Assembly (NCBI GenBank): GCA_012295275.1
Contig: CM022671.1
Span: 17,732,001-17,796,000, forward strand
Direction: 5' to 3'
Source of the DNA: Chrysomallon squamiferum
Taxonomy: Eukaryota; Animalia; Mollusca
Length of the DNA: 64,000 nt
Shown here: piece by piece, positions 40,537-54,030 of the stretch
Position numbering within the stretch: position 1 is the stretch's first letter
Layout of the letters: the number at the start of each line of letters is the position of its first letter
Position numbers and translations under genes: made by a program
Notes under the pieces: model-generated
Seen by the model: only the letters and a program-made list of their open reading frames with translations
The model's database searches: none
Told to the model about the DNA's origin: nothing

Positions 40537-43394
40537 GCAGACAAAGAAAATATATAAGTAACTGTATATTTATATTAATTTTGAATATTTTTAAAAATTC
40601 AGAACTTGATTCAGAATTTCAGAATAGAAAGGATGACATTATTACAAAAGGAAACTATTGTTAATACGTCTGTCATTTTCTGTTTAGAAATGATAACTGG
40701 AAACACACACGGGGAACAAGAAATGCCATTTTCTATTACTTTAACACGTTCCTCCTAACACTCACTAAACAACCGATCTCACTCCCGACTCAAATTATCC
40801 GTCTCCATAACGCCTCTTCTGATTTCTGCTTAATTCCTTCCGCTCGATCTACCCACTCACTCTCCTCAGACGTCTGGCCCAGCCCGAGGCGCCCGTCCAC
40901 CCATTTACACGACGCTAGTCGGCGTGAACGGGAATATGCCAGGGCTCATCTCCAGCGGAACCCCTCTCGGCCACAGTTAGCTAAATCAAGCGTTCGTTGT
41001 TCACAACAGCGCCAAGCTGTGGCCTGTTTGCCTGTAATGGACTCCTCGCTGACCACCCACTGATTTGATCCCAGGTAGTGGTGGACATTGCTGGTCATCA
41101 TCTGTACGACGGACTAATGTGGTCGTGTCGATGGTGAAGACGTGGATAGAAATGATTGAAAACTTTTTTTTTATATACATCAACCACGCCCTAAAAAGAC
41201 TCGCTGTGTGCTCTGGCTCACCTTTTTGTCCAAATGTCACGTCGTTTGGTTGACGTCAGTTCAATAGTTTAATACGTCACCATCATGTAGATTTTCAGTA
41301 CTCATGGCAACCGTATTAATAATGTTCAACTCAAATTTTAAACACATTAACTGATATGCTGTTATATTCAGCCGATGTAATTTTGAGTTGAGATATCATT
41401 AAGTATTCATTCATTTGAAACGCTATTTCATGTTTTTAAACTAAAAGTCTTGCAGAGGTCATTTCAAATTAAATTATTTTGCCTTTAGTCATTTCTACCG
41501 ATTCTTACAGAGTGCTCTTCGTTTTACTGATATTTGACTATTTCCTCTAAACTAGCTAATGCTGGTTTATCAAAGATGTTAGTATGTGCTTTTCCGCTTA
41601 TGAGAACGTTGATATATCCATTTCTTATAATTAATAAGATTGTTAATCTATCATTGTGGTTTTCGTATCTCATTATCTCCAAAATTTTAAATCGTAGATT
41701 TAAAAAGTGCTTACGGTTTCTTTAAATTAAACATTTCTTATTGTTGCAGATGTTTGTTGCTGTTGATTGTGTTATTTTTATCATTATTCATTCTTTCGGT
41801 CTCAAAATGAACTTCATAATAATGTAAAATTGTAGCATTTTTTTATTATTATTTTTATTTATTTATTTTATTTTATTTTATTTTATTATTATTTTTTATT
41901 ATTATTATTATTATTATTATTTTTTTTTTTATACAAAGAATAAAATATAAAGAATAACATAATACATACATACATTAAATATGCCTGAATAGCTAGGCAC
42001 GCATATACGAACAACTGAATATACACTTTTCCAACGTAAGTTTTTTTGATTCTTTTTTTTAAAGATAAAATCGTAAGTCGTTTTCAAAAACAACAAAAAC
42101 TAATGTAATAACTGTCTTTATCTAAAAATATAATAAAATCAGATACTTTATGCCGTATTTGATGTGGTCATCAATTTTGATATTCTTATTGAACACTGAA
42201 GTACACAAATCAGAATTTAGATACAGCAGTCTATTAAAAGTATATTAAAGTTGTATTAACACTCCAAGCTTTCAATATGGTTTAAGATTTCAGTTTCATC
42301 TAATATTGTCCTTGAGCAGTTTTGTGAGTCAAGGTACACGTAACATTGTTCTAAATGCACTCGGCCTTATGTTAATCAACTGCAAACTTGGACTTCAGAA
42401 AACTAAGCTCTTTCAAAAACTCTGAGAATGTTTTCCGAAAACTATCAACAGTTCAATGACTACATCAACATGGCTTTGTCAGCGATGATTGTAATGTTCG
42501 GAAGACTGAATAAGATTAATTTATTTTATTTTACACTCTGATTGTTCTACGCTGTACATTCAACGTTCAGCTTAATCTCATTTTGTTTTCACACCTGAGG
42601 GTTGAAATGTGTCACAAGTGTGTTTTCGTATAATAATCCCCGCTGTATTTTTAATTTAAATAATAGAAAAAAAAAAGAAAAAAAAGAAAGATGACTGCCT
42701 AATAAGATGACAGACTAAATCTATTTGTTTGTCAAGATTTTGTAGATTTTACGTTATGATTACTGTCGAGAATCGAACCTACCATCCTTAATCACTCAGC
42801 TAATGATGATTCCTATAACAATAATAATAATAATAATAGTATAAGTAATAGTAATAATAATAATAATAAACGTATTAAAGAATAAGAACAGACTGAGACG
42901 TGACGAAACCTGTTGAAAATCTATTGTTAATCTTTACCGTTTACCTCTCTGGCTGTAAATAAAATAGCATAAATTAAATAGAGAAGAATGTGTTAAAAAA
43001 AAAGAAGTCGAGAATACTATCGGTACTGTACATGAATAAAATATGTCTTCAGTTGTGAATACCACTGTGGTTATAACGCAGGTCTAATATAGGATTTGTT
43101 GGCTGCTAAATATTTGATGTTCGTTAAGTTGCTACATATACTAACGAAGAAGGTTGTTCACCATAAATCAAATTAGACTAAAACTTTTAAAGCCAAAAAA
43201 AATAAATAATAATAATAATAATAATAATAAAAACAACATGTCTGAAATTACCAGACAGACAGTTGTGTCTAAACCTAAAACACCGGTGATCCATTTCTGT
43301 CAATATGAAGGATGTCGACGTTCCATTAGAAACAACGGAACACTGCCAGAATTTGCAGTTGTATTTTGTAGCCGTACTGTTTAAAGTGATTATT

Positions 43395-43439
<45 letters not shown>

Positions 43440-44416
43440 GCCATTGTCCTTGTCACTAATATTCTCCAACATCATCATCAACAATATTCACTTTGACTTG
43501 GATTCTTTTTCTTAGTAAATTATTATCTCATTTCAGTGTGTGTCTAAAAAGAATATATATATATATATATATATACACACAGGTATTGTCAAAGCCACTG
43601 GAATTAATTTTAAATTAACATTATTACATGTAATAATAATTCAAATGACATTCATTGTTCCTACGCCAGGAATTATATAGTAATTATGTTTTAATAAAAT
43701 ATGTTAGTAAATTAAATTTTACATGTGACTATTGAAGACATAAATTAAAAATCAGAATTGATTATGATTATAAAATATTTTAATATCATTATAATCGTTA
43801 AAAGGTCAATATGAATTATGTATCTACCAGTATTGTAATGAAGGAAAACAAACTAATTTGTTTTGTAATGAAGACTTAAAATTACGTTTTTACATATAAT
43901 GATTAAGACATGAATGTTCTCATTTTGACAATCATTCGTTATTATTAAAATATTTTGAACCAAAATTTATCTAAACAGCTTTTGATTACACTAATTCAAA
44001 TCAGATTTGTAATAACTAAAGTGACAATGATCTTATTTTAAGAATCACTCGAAATTATATGCTTTTATAAAATCTCTGAGAACAAAATGTTTGCAAATAG
44101 CCTTTGAATGTGGTCATAAAAGCCAGGTTTGTGTATGACTGTAATAATTAAAGTGACAATGTTTTACTTGTTTGCAGGGTCACTGGGAACAGCAGGACGG
44201 ACGTGTAACAAGACATCCATGTCGACTGATGGTTGTGATATTATGTGCTGTGGTCGAGGCTACGACACAAAGACAGTGAAGCGAGTAGAGAAGTGTGAGT
44301 GCAAATTCCACTGGTGCTGTTTTGTTCGCTGTAAGGAATGTGAGAGGTGGGTGGATGTTCACACCTGCAAGGGTCCCAACCCCACCCCAGAACCTTCAAA
44401 TCGGCGGAATGGCTGA
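28283..44416 (+). CDS. WNT2: Protein Wnt-2, complete, 5 exons, 365 aa
   Basis: Exons 28283-28362, 30127-30362, 39224-39501, 40016-40280, 44178-44416 total 1098 nt in frame. It has a signal peptide, the [10 protein letters not shown] lipidation motif and the full Wnt cysteine pattern. Wnt2-diagnostic stretches: [55 protein letters not shown]. Confidence 0.97.
30127..30362 (+). CDS. WNT2: WNT2 exon 2
   Basis: [37 protein letters not shown]...[15 protein letters not shown]...VMLK. Confidence 0.96.
30714..30862. repeat. Compound trinucleotide tract (TTA/CTA/CTG/TTG)n
   Basis: Seen directly; source of several spurious ORFs. Confidence 0.9.
39224..39501 (+). CDS. WNT2: WNT2 exon 3
   Basis: [26 protein letters not shown]...WGGCSDN...[12 protein letters not shown]; gcacag| and |gtgagt. 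Confidence 0.97.
40016..40280 (+). CDS. WNT2: WNT2 exon 4
   Basis: [45 protein letters not shown]...[12 protein letters not shown]; tttcag| and |gtaagt. Confidence 0.97.
40730..41300. promoter_or_regulatory. CpG/GC-rich intronic island, candidate enhancer with GLI, SMAD and CRE motifs
   Basis: GACCACCCA at 41051, GTCCACCCA at 40895, CAGACGTCTG at 40867, GGCGCC at 40888, TGACGTCA at 41251. Confidence 0.45.
44178..44416 (+). CDS. WNT2: WNT2 exon 5
   Basis: [28 protein letters not shown]...[16 protein letters not shown]...[18 protein letters not shown]. Confidence 0.97.
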
Positions 44417-45574
44417 TGGCAATAAACAGTATTTTTGTTTTCCATTCGCGACGTTATTGAAATAACGACAGACGATGAACTGCGGCAGTTCCAGTCGTGT
44501 CCTAGATGCAGCGATATTTCCTTCGTCTTCATCGGTAAAATCAGAATTAATCTTTAAATTGATGTGTTTAAGCTGTCGTGTGAATATTACCAGTCGATAC
44601 GTACCTTCCCAACAGTCTGTAACATAGCATAACTAGCTCTTGTGACGTAATGTTAATCCCCTTTCAGTCTATCTAAGACTCAAACAGCAAAGACAGATCG
44701 AAAAAACAATCCGTGGCATCTGAGCAAATGTGAGACAGTTGGAAGAGTAATCTGAGACTGCTGAACATATTTATCAGTATTTAAAACTATCAGCTGTGTA
44801 AGAAATGATGTAATCACATTGTAAGAATTTATCATTTCCGTCACACCATCTTAGCATTTACATGACTCGTTAACGTGTGAAATGAAACCAAAGAGGAGAT
44901 CCTGTGTAAACTGTTTCTAATCATTGTTAATAATGCCATAGAAATAGACATCGCTTAGACCTTGCTTAGTGTTTAATTAGTTGTGCTGTTCACAAAACAA
45001 AACAATCCAGCCAAAAAAAAAGAAAAAAAAAGAAAAGAAAAGACTTTGAAGAGTTAGCTAGATTTGAGACTAATTTCAAAAGGACTACAAAACCATTTTT
45101 GTAGTAAAATGTTTAATATAATGGCAACCAGGTACCCAAATACTCAAAGGAAAAACCAAAATCATATTCGAACTGAACTACTGCGGTTGTATGATAGCAT
45201 TTTGCTGTGTGTCTTAAACCTAACCAGAAGAACGAATGTGCTGATGCTTGCAAGGATTTCACACACAATATTTGCTGAATATTACAGAGTGCATTTAAAA
45301 AAACAACAACTGAACTGTCGTTTGGTGAACTGTGGACTATTTAAAATGATTACATTACCTCATAGACATTACGATTTTTGTTTTAAAGTGTAGTAGGTCC
45401 AGAATGTGTTGTTAGTTAGCTGTCTATTCACCCAGTCAGTCTACGTGAAAAACAAAATACTTTTTACTGTCAGTAAACCATTGAAAACTTGATGACAGTA
45501 TGCAGTAAATTGGCATTTACAAGAAGAACCAAATACTGCAGATTTTTTCTTATTTTAAGTTATTATTATTATTG

Positions 45575-45669
<95 letters not shown>

Positions 45670-48600
45670 GCTACTACTACTGCAGTTTTTTGTAATGTTT
45701 TGTTTGTTTGTATTTTTTCGAATTGTCCAATGACAGTCTAAGTATTCATTAATTGCTGTTTAATATTTATTATTATTATTATGTATTGTACATATGTAGA
45801 CATGTCTGTATTAATATATGCTAGCTGTACTATGCTTGTTAAATTACAAAGTGTAGTGGATTTTATTTGTTTTTATTTGTTCTCGACGCAGAAACAGATT
45901 TAAATGATAATCACGCGCAAATATACACACACACACAGAAATATATAAACAGTAAATTAATTCTCTCTCTCTCTCAAACACTCATATGCAAACACAATAA
46001 AGAGAAATACAATAAATTATCCATTACTTGTTTACAGGACAAGAAGTTTGTGAAGAAATATGTTTTGTTTTGTTGTAACATGATAATAAAAAGGTTTAAT
46101 AATTCTTAGCAGACGAGACACGGGGGAAAAAAAAATTCAAAATGGTGGTCGTTGTATCGTTTTTGGCAATCGACGCGTAATGTGTATATTATACATAAAA
46201 CTTAACTAACATCTCTTCAAACACGCCAGTTTTTCACTTTTTTTTTTTGAGAATCTCGCCGTTCCTAGACAACGACTTTCCTGTGGATGTTACATCTAGA
46301 GGAGATGTCAGCGGCTTGTCAGAATCAATGAGTTGTACATAGCTTTGAGTGATTATCCAATTACTACGGTTGTTGTTTTTACTTTCGTGTCTTTTTTTCT
46401 GGAATTTACACCATTCCGCAGCACCTATCTCTGTAACAAAGGTATACATGTGTGCGGGATGGTTCAATCAATCAACGGTTTAAAACAGCCTTACATCTCA
46501 CAGAAAGGTGATGTGTGTGTGTACGTATGTGTGTGTGTTTTAATCTAAAGTGTGTGTGCAATTTTAGATTTGCAAATATAATTATATATTTCTATACAAT
46601 AATACAATTGGTGAAATCAGTTATAATTAACTAATTAAATAATGATCTATATATATATATATATTAATGTCCTTATAATGGGCTCACTTTTATTGTTTCT
46701 GAAAATACTTAGAGCGAAAAGGTAGTAATTTATTTCTATTTAGTGAATTCTATTTTAAATATAACAGAAGTATTATACTTTACGTTAGTTTCAACTCAAA
46801 CTGAAGTAACAGTAGTGTTTATAAATGATTTTCTGACTTACTAACTTACTTACGTACCTACTTACAAAGATTTTCATGGAATTTCGAAAATATATCAATA
46901 AATAAATCAAACTAACGTCACAGTAATGAACTGATATAATTAATTTTTGCTTTATTCATTTCTACATGTGAATTAGAAAATATTATGTTTAGAAAGTGTG
47001 TATGCGTTGTGCTTGTTGCGAGTTTTCATGCTTTTTTCTCTTTTGTAAAAATTACATCAATCAAGTCAACGTCAAGGAACAGATAGACAGACGTGATTAA
47101 AGGGCATTAAGAGACCAACAGAAGCACAATACAGTCCTTTCTTCAGGTGGCCTACTCGTTTTTCCTCCACCAAATACTGTTAAAATAAACTATAAATTTA
47201 TAAACTCGATATACATGAATTGTTTTTTTTCCGTACGAGACTTCATAAAAACCTAAAAAAATGTATATAATATTTCAACAACCACCAATATCTCTTGGTT
47301 ATCGTGTCCTTTTGTGTTTCCATTATCTGAATATTCACAGGGACTCGAAGCCGACAAAAAAGGTAAGCCTGAGCCCAGCAGTGCATATTGGCGTTGTTTG
47401 TTGATTCTGCTTCAACTCCGTATCAAATCTGATTCACGCTGTTAGACGGATTAAAGAAAAGCAAGGGAATCGTGCCGACACACGTTGATATGGTTTGACA
47501 AGAAAAACAAGAAAATAATTGCACTGAACGTATCCATTTCATGTAAGCAATGCGGAACGTACGTCTCCGAAACGTAGACAAACATGACCAATGGTGTCAA
47601 CAGCGCTGCCTTTGTTGACGGTGTCGAGGGATGTTATTGGCGTTTAGTTCCCACACGAAAAGACAGGCCTCAGTTTCATTCAGTTTATTAAAAAAAAAAA
47701 AAATCACCGCACGCTTAGAAGATATAACTCGCTGGTATTTTACTTATGTCCGTGTACGTGATAATCATACGTGATGTCAAAACAGTTCCTTGTCTCTGAG
47801 GTGTCGATGTTGTTGTACACTGACTTAGAAATAGCTGCTTATATATTTTTTTTTTTTAAAAGAGAAGAGTTTAACATGTACATGCAATACAAAGTAGCAT
47901 GTTTTAATAGCATTAATGATTTTAAATGTAAGCTAAATAAATTAGATGAAATGAAAATACGATCTTTGATTATCTGTATTTTTTAGTCGACTTTAAAATT
48001 TCGTTTTTGTCTACATTTCATTCCTTCTGTTAGAAAAATCTCTATGAAAGATGGTCTGCAAACTTCACTTTATTCAAGTAATATTATATTATTAAAACTA
48101 ATGTTGAACTTCGGGTATGTTAGCATGCCGTCGCTTAAATATGAAGAATTAATAAGACTGGTTAAACTTTATAATTGATACTTATGGGGCGTTTTTTAAA
48201 AACAGAGCTAGGAGACAGGAAATCTATCATCATTAATTACAGATTTGGAGAATAAAGTAATATAGTTAAAACAAATATATTAATAAAAAACAAATTAATT
48301 AATATTTGATTGCAACCATTGGCAATATTAGGAGATAATTTAGAGCAAATCGGTCCTCTATGTACGCAGTGACGTCATTACAGAAAAATGGCGCGCACAG
48401 ATATTTTAAAACTCATTTGTTGTTATACTTCATTACAAGTTAGACTGGACAACAAAACACAAATAAAACATAACTTGGAACTGTACAGAATATATTTACA
48501 CATTTCTTCATTTCAACCCATTAAAATCCCAACAAAATCATTTTTCCTAACTCTACGATTTCGACTGATACTCTTTGCATAGATAAAACATTGTTGCTTC

Positions 48601-48829
48601 ATTTATATTCTGTCAAAGGTTGTCAGAATAAACTCAGTAAACTGTTTTCATCAGCAGCATGCACATTTCATAAACACCTTTCCACGCAGTGCTATGTAGA
48701 GGATTGAAACTATGATTCATCAAACCTCAGATGATGAGTTTACTGCCTGCTGCAAGAATTTCTTGAAAACTGTTTAAGATGATCTGTTTTAAAAGCGATC
48801 TTCTGGCAAACGTTTTACAAAGCTAAGTC

Positions 48830-49140
48830 AGGAATAATATATTCAGTTTAACATTATACACTGAACACATTTTATATACAGTCACATGGTTAATAAATAA
48901 ATTCATGTAAGAAGAAGAAACTTGCTGCTGTAACTTTGTGAAGTACTCTTTAAAAATTAGCAGAAATTTATCTTTTATATTTTCCACCCCAAAGACTGCA
49001 TAGAACACATCCCAGCCTTTATTATACCAGTTGTGTACCACTGCCTGCATTAAGAAATAGCTCTGTGAGTCTGTTCAGGTGGACTGGTGCAGTGATCCCA
49101 CCATACATCGAGCAGATCTTCTACCTTTAAGCTACGAGTT
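48830..49140 (-). mobile_element. Decayed tRNA-derived SINE copy
   Basis: Colinear with 58158-58485: aacacattttat, gaaacttgctg, tactctt..attagcag, tataccagttgtg, gaaatagctc; tRNA-head remnant ctacctttaagctac. Confidence 0.6.
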
Positions 49141-50353
49141 CTTTAGTTCACAACATGAATAGAAAACAAACACATACAGTTCAATTCGATTCATTTATAT
49201 GCATTACGTGTTTAACAAGTTGTGGCCTCATGTAAAATAGTAATACTCTTGATATCTGTCATGGGGAGATCTGACACAAGAAACAAAAATAAAAATAATA
49301 ATTATTACTGTTAATGATATCAACACTGACAATCAACCAGTCATAGTACAGTAATTATACCATATTTTATAGTTATTTTAACAATATTTTGATATAAAAA
49401 TAATGATAAAATAATAGTAATAATATCTTTACCTCTTTTTCATGTGAAATAACATGAAAGATGATTTTGTAAAAGAAACAAAAGAAGAAGAAAAATAATA
49501 ATAATAAACATAACTAGATTTTTGACAGACTGTTTACACAAATATTATATTTACTAATTTTTTGAAGAAAAATGCTTATTTTTAATTCTTAGTATATATA
49601 CATACATTTACATGTATATATAAATACACCTTAGTCATATTTCAATTAAATTTGACACAATACAATGAAAAATAAAATAAATACCAACTCAGTATTTCTG
49701 AACAATAATTAAAAAACCCTAAAATTTCTTAAAAAAACCCAACTATATTTGCTGTACTGTTTAGCCATTACAGATTTAATTTCTTCAAATTATCATTCCT
49801 GAATTCTTTAGCTATTTACCAAATCTGATCATAACATTTAAATAAAATTAAAAATTAAATAAAATTAAATAAAAGAAATAAAAAAAGAAAGGAAAATGTA
49901 ATGAAAATCATTATGTGACAAAATATTTGAGCATTTTTAATTTCTTTACTGTGCGACTACTGTAAAATAAAACATTGAGCACTCAGTCTTTGGAGCCTTT
50001 TCCTCCTTAGTATTATTTATTATTATTTGAACATAAATTTTAGCCTCATTACCCTATAAAATAAAATATACATTATATAAGTACTCAGCCTTTTGAGACT
50101 TTTTCTTACTGTTATTACCATCATTCCCCCATTGTCAGTACTGGTATCAAGACAGGTTTACTTTGTTGACAATCAGAACTGAACAAGACCAATTGTTTGA
50201 AAATCAGCAAAATACCATTGTAAAGATGTATTTTACACTTTAACAACTACTGAAAAAATACACTTAAAATAACAAAATAACAATGCAACTGTCAGCAAAT
50301 TGTGGTAAGATGAAGCACATTGGAGTGTCTGTTGTTTTAATCTCTGCTGTACA

Positions 50354-50449
50354 CTAGATTCTAGACAGCTGGTGCAGCAGATTGGATGGTAAGATGGCTT
50401 CCAGTTTCTCAAGAATGTAGCTTAGTGGCATGTACATCCATCCCAGCAT
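50354..50449 (-). CDS. ST7: ST7 last coding exon
   Basis: [31 protein letters not shown]. Confidence 0.92.
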   Translation of the reverse strand: MLGWMYMPLSYILEKLEAILPSNLLHQLSRI

Positions 50450-50593
50450 CTGAAATAACAAATCTAGTTCTAAACCAACCATACGTACTTAGCCAGATAA
50501 TTATAGACGAGTGAAATAACAAATCAGATCTTTGTAATTATTGTTAAAACACTTTGCAGAACAACAACTATTTTCAATAAATGTAACCAAAAA

Positions 50594-50672
<79 letters not shown>

Positions 50673-53600
50673 CAATATTTTTTTTAATTTCGTACTGGAA
50701 ATCAAAATTAGGAGTCAAAGGAATGGTGATGCATACAAAAACAAATTGGTATCCACCACTTTAGAATGTCATACTTTCAGTTCAGAACTTAGACAATCAC
50801 GATCAAATTATATCTGATTCATTTTACAGTATAAACAATATTATATATCCATTTTAGAATACCCCATACTTACAGTTGGGCTAGCCACACTCAAATTATC
50901 TTTTATATATGTATATTTTAAAACATGTACACAGTTGCATATGTATTCAGAAAGTTATACAATACAGACACACTACCTTATTCAAATTATGTTAGATATA
51001 TTTGAATTTTAGAATTCATATATAATTATACAAGTATTTTATAAAGTTACACTTACAGTCTGGATAATCACACTCAAGGTTATATCTTAGATACTTGTAC
51101 ATTTCAGATTATGCATGGAATTATATGTGTATTTTACAATGTCACATCTTCTACAACAAAATTCATGTTTTCTTTGTTATATTTCAGATTATATAAACAG
51201 CTATTAATGTATTTTGTAGTAATACATACATAATTATATGCATCATAACTACAGTTCAGACTAGAACATTCATGTTATCTTTGATAGATGTGCTTTTGAG
51301 AACGTGTAAATAACTATATCAGAATATGTATGCAACTATGTATGTATTTTTGAATGTATAAATTAATATACATGTCTACTTTAGAATGTAACATTTACAA
51401 TTTTCAACACAACACTCGTAGTTAACTCAGACTAAGCTACATTATCACATGTGTATTTTCAAATGTCTAGATAATTATTATCTTTATTTTAGAATGATAC
51501 ATTTACAATTTCAGCAACCATGCTCATCTTAAACATGCATTTCAGAATAAGTACACAGGTATATGTGTATTTTCGTACAAGTAGGTGATCATAATGTGTA
51601 TTTTCACAATGTGACACTTACAGTTCGGACAACCACACCCATTGGTTCTGGGTACTGGTGTGTGAGAAGAGCGAGTAGGGCTGTGAATGAACACAAACCA
51701 GCAGTAAACAAAATGAAGAAAGGCAGCTCCTTTTTAGGGTAAACAGAAACTTCGTGGAAAGCTGGAAAAATATATTTATCAAAAAATATTTATATATATA
51801 TATATAATAAACAATGAAAACATGTGTGTGTGTGTGTGTGTGTGTATTTTGTCTCATTAATGTAAGATTGACTTGCATATATGTATATTTTGTTCTTAGT
51901 CAGTTTACCAAAATAAAAATAATAATAAAACAAACAACAATACTACACTACTACTGTTACTACTAGCAAAAATAACAATAAAATAATAATAAAGAAACCC
52001 TCAAAAAATAAATAAATTTAAATATGTAACATCATAATGCTATTCAAATCAAAGCAGTTAAAAATATATATCTTCCTACTAAGTAATATCATATGCAAAA
52101 TGCTTAAAAAATATAAACATTACATTAGTACCTCTTTTAAAATCATTGGACAAAACATATTGATGAAATTTCACTTTGAACATTGACACATTTTTGAAAA
52201 TAGCATGATAAATATGTTATTCAGATGGTAAAAGAAACTAAACGTGAAAACAAACTGAAAGTTACTCACATGGTAAAAGCTCCCTATCTGCATTTTCAGT
52301 GCAGGTTGGATATGGGTAAAAAAGATGACCCTTTTCTAGAGGGTACGGGATCATTCTGAATGCTACAAAACAAATAAAACAATGATTAAAAAGAAAAGCA
52401 ATAATAACAACACAGTTTATTATATATGATTATTCTAAATTTGCATAATTAAAAAAAATCTTATTCTGACTCAAAGTTGAATTTTTCTTAATAATATTGT
52501 TTCTAGAATATAATATGGGTGTATTTAATGTATAGAAAGTGAATATTTTAAAAGAACATAATTGAAAAAAAAATTAATTTGACAAATTTCTGGTAAGGTG
52601 TAACAGACTGAAAAATGTCTTTGATTTACCTCAAATTCAAGTAAAAATATCATACAGAACAGTTACAGAAATTGTAAAGGGAAGGCAGGTATATTTTATT
52701 TAATGAGGCACTCTATATATTTAGAATCTACAGTTATGTTGTATTTGATATATCATTAAGGACTGTTTAGAAAGGAAATCAACTGCTGATATCCATGTTT
52801 TACCTTTTTTTTCAATTACTAATAAGGGATATTTTATAAGCACTCTGCAAGACAGACAACAATCCAATGAGAGTTAAACAGAAATAATTAAATGTAGATT
52901 AAAAATGTATATCATCATTATTTTAGTGTAAACATATGCTGAACCTCATGACTGTATTGCTTTGAAATGTTTACATTTAGACATCTGGTTTCCAGAATGT
53001 GAATTTTGGTTGGTTTACTTACTTCCTTCCCATGTGCAGTGTAAAAGGTTAAGTGCCCCTTCTACCCTCTTCCAATGCTGAAGGTGGAAAAATGCATAAG
53101 CAAGAGCTTCGCTGTCACCCCTCTTCAGAATATGCTCAGGGGGGAGAACTAGACTCTTCATTTCTAACAGATACTGAAAACACAAAAATATTTTGTGAAG
53201 ACAAAACAAAATAATGGAGAACATTTTAACCAATTTTTTATTTTTTTAAAAAAAAAAAAATTAATGTTTCAAGAAACCTAATGATATAAAATTATTACCA
53301 CTGATCATTAGAGAAAGCAACATTTCTTCAGATAGCATAACAGAATTCAAGTATTTCAGTAAACTAAAAACATGGTACATTAAAGATAATGTCATAACAT
53401 TTTTATTACAATAATATGGACTGAATGTATTTAGGTAAAAAAAAAAAAATGGTAAAAGAGTTGTTTAATTCTCAATTCTTAAAGTAAAAAGAATAGGGTA
53501 GTCTCCCTTAACATGGAAGAACCATGTATCATGAACTCAGTGACAATGACATTCAGGAAACCATATTAAATCAATAAATTAAATGTAGTGAATTAAGTAT

Positions 53601-53816
53601 CTGCAATCTGAAGCTTTAGCTAATTCATCTTTGATATTTAAATACATTTGATATTAAAACAAATATCAATCCATCTTACTGAAATACATTATTTAATAAC
53701 ACTGTTTTAAAGATGCAATCTATATATTAAAAGTAACAGATATAAAACATATGCATGTGTTGGGTTGGAATAAAAATTCTTAACATTTTTCAAAAAGGTG
53801 GTATTTGAGTATGTGT

Positions 53817-53861
<45 letters not shown>

Positions 53862-53970
53862 TATATATTCTGTGATGTGAACAATATGTGTGAATAAATC
53901 TATGTAGAAATAACATAAATATTGTCACTGAAGTTCACTTAATAAATGCTATGTACTTTTGTTCCAACCC

Positions 53971-54030
<60 letters not shown>

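Noticed and set aside
42765-42805. tRNA-like fragment (gagaatcgaacct...cactcagct) on the minus strand
   Set aside because: Too short, no cloverleaf; at most a SINE-head remnant.
44421-44426. AATAAA 5 nt after the WNT2 stop codon
   Set aside because: The hexamer is frequent in this AT-rich DNA and UTR-like sequence continues to about 46100; cannot be assigned without 3'-end data.
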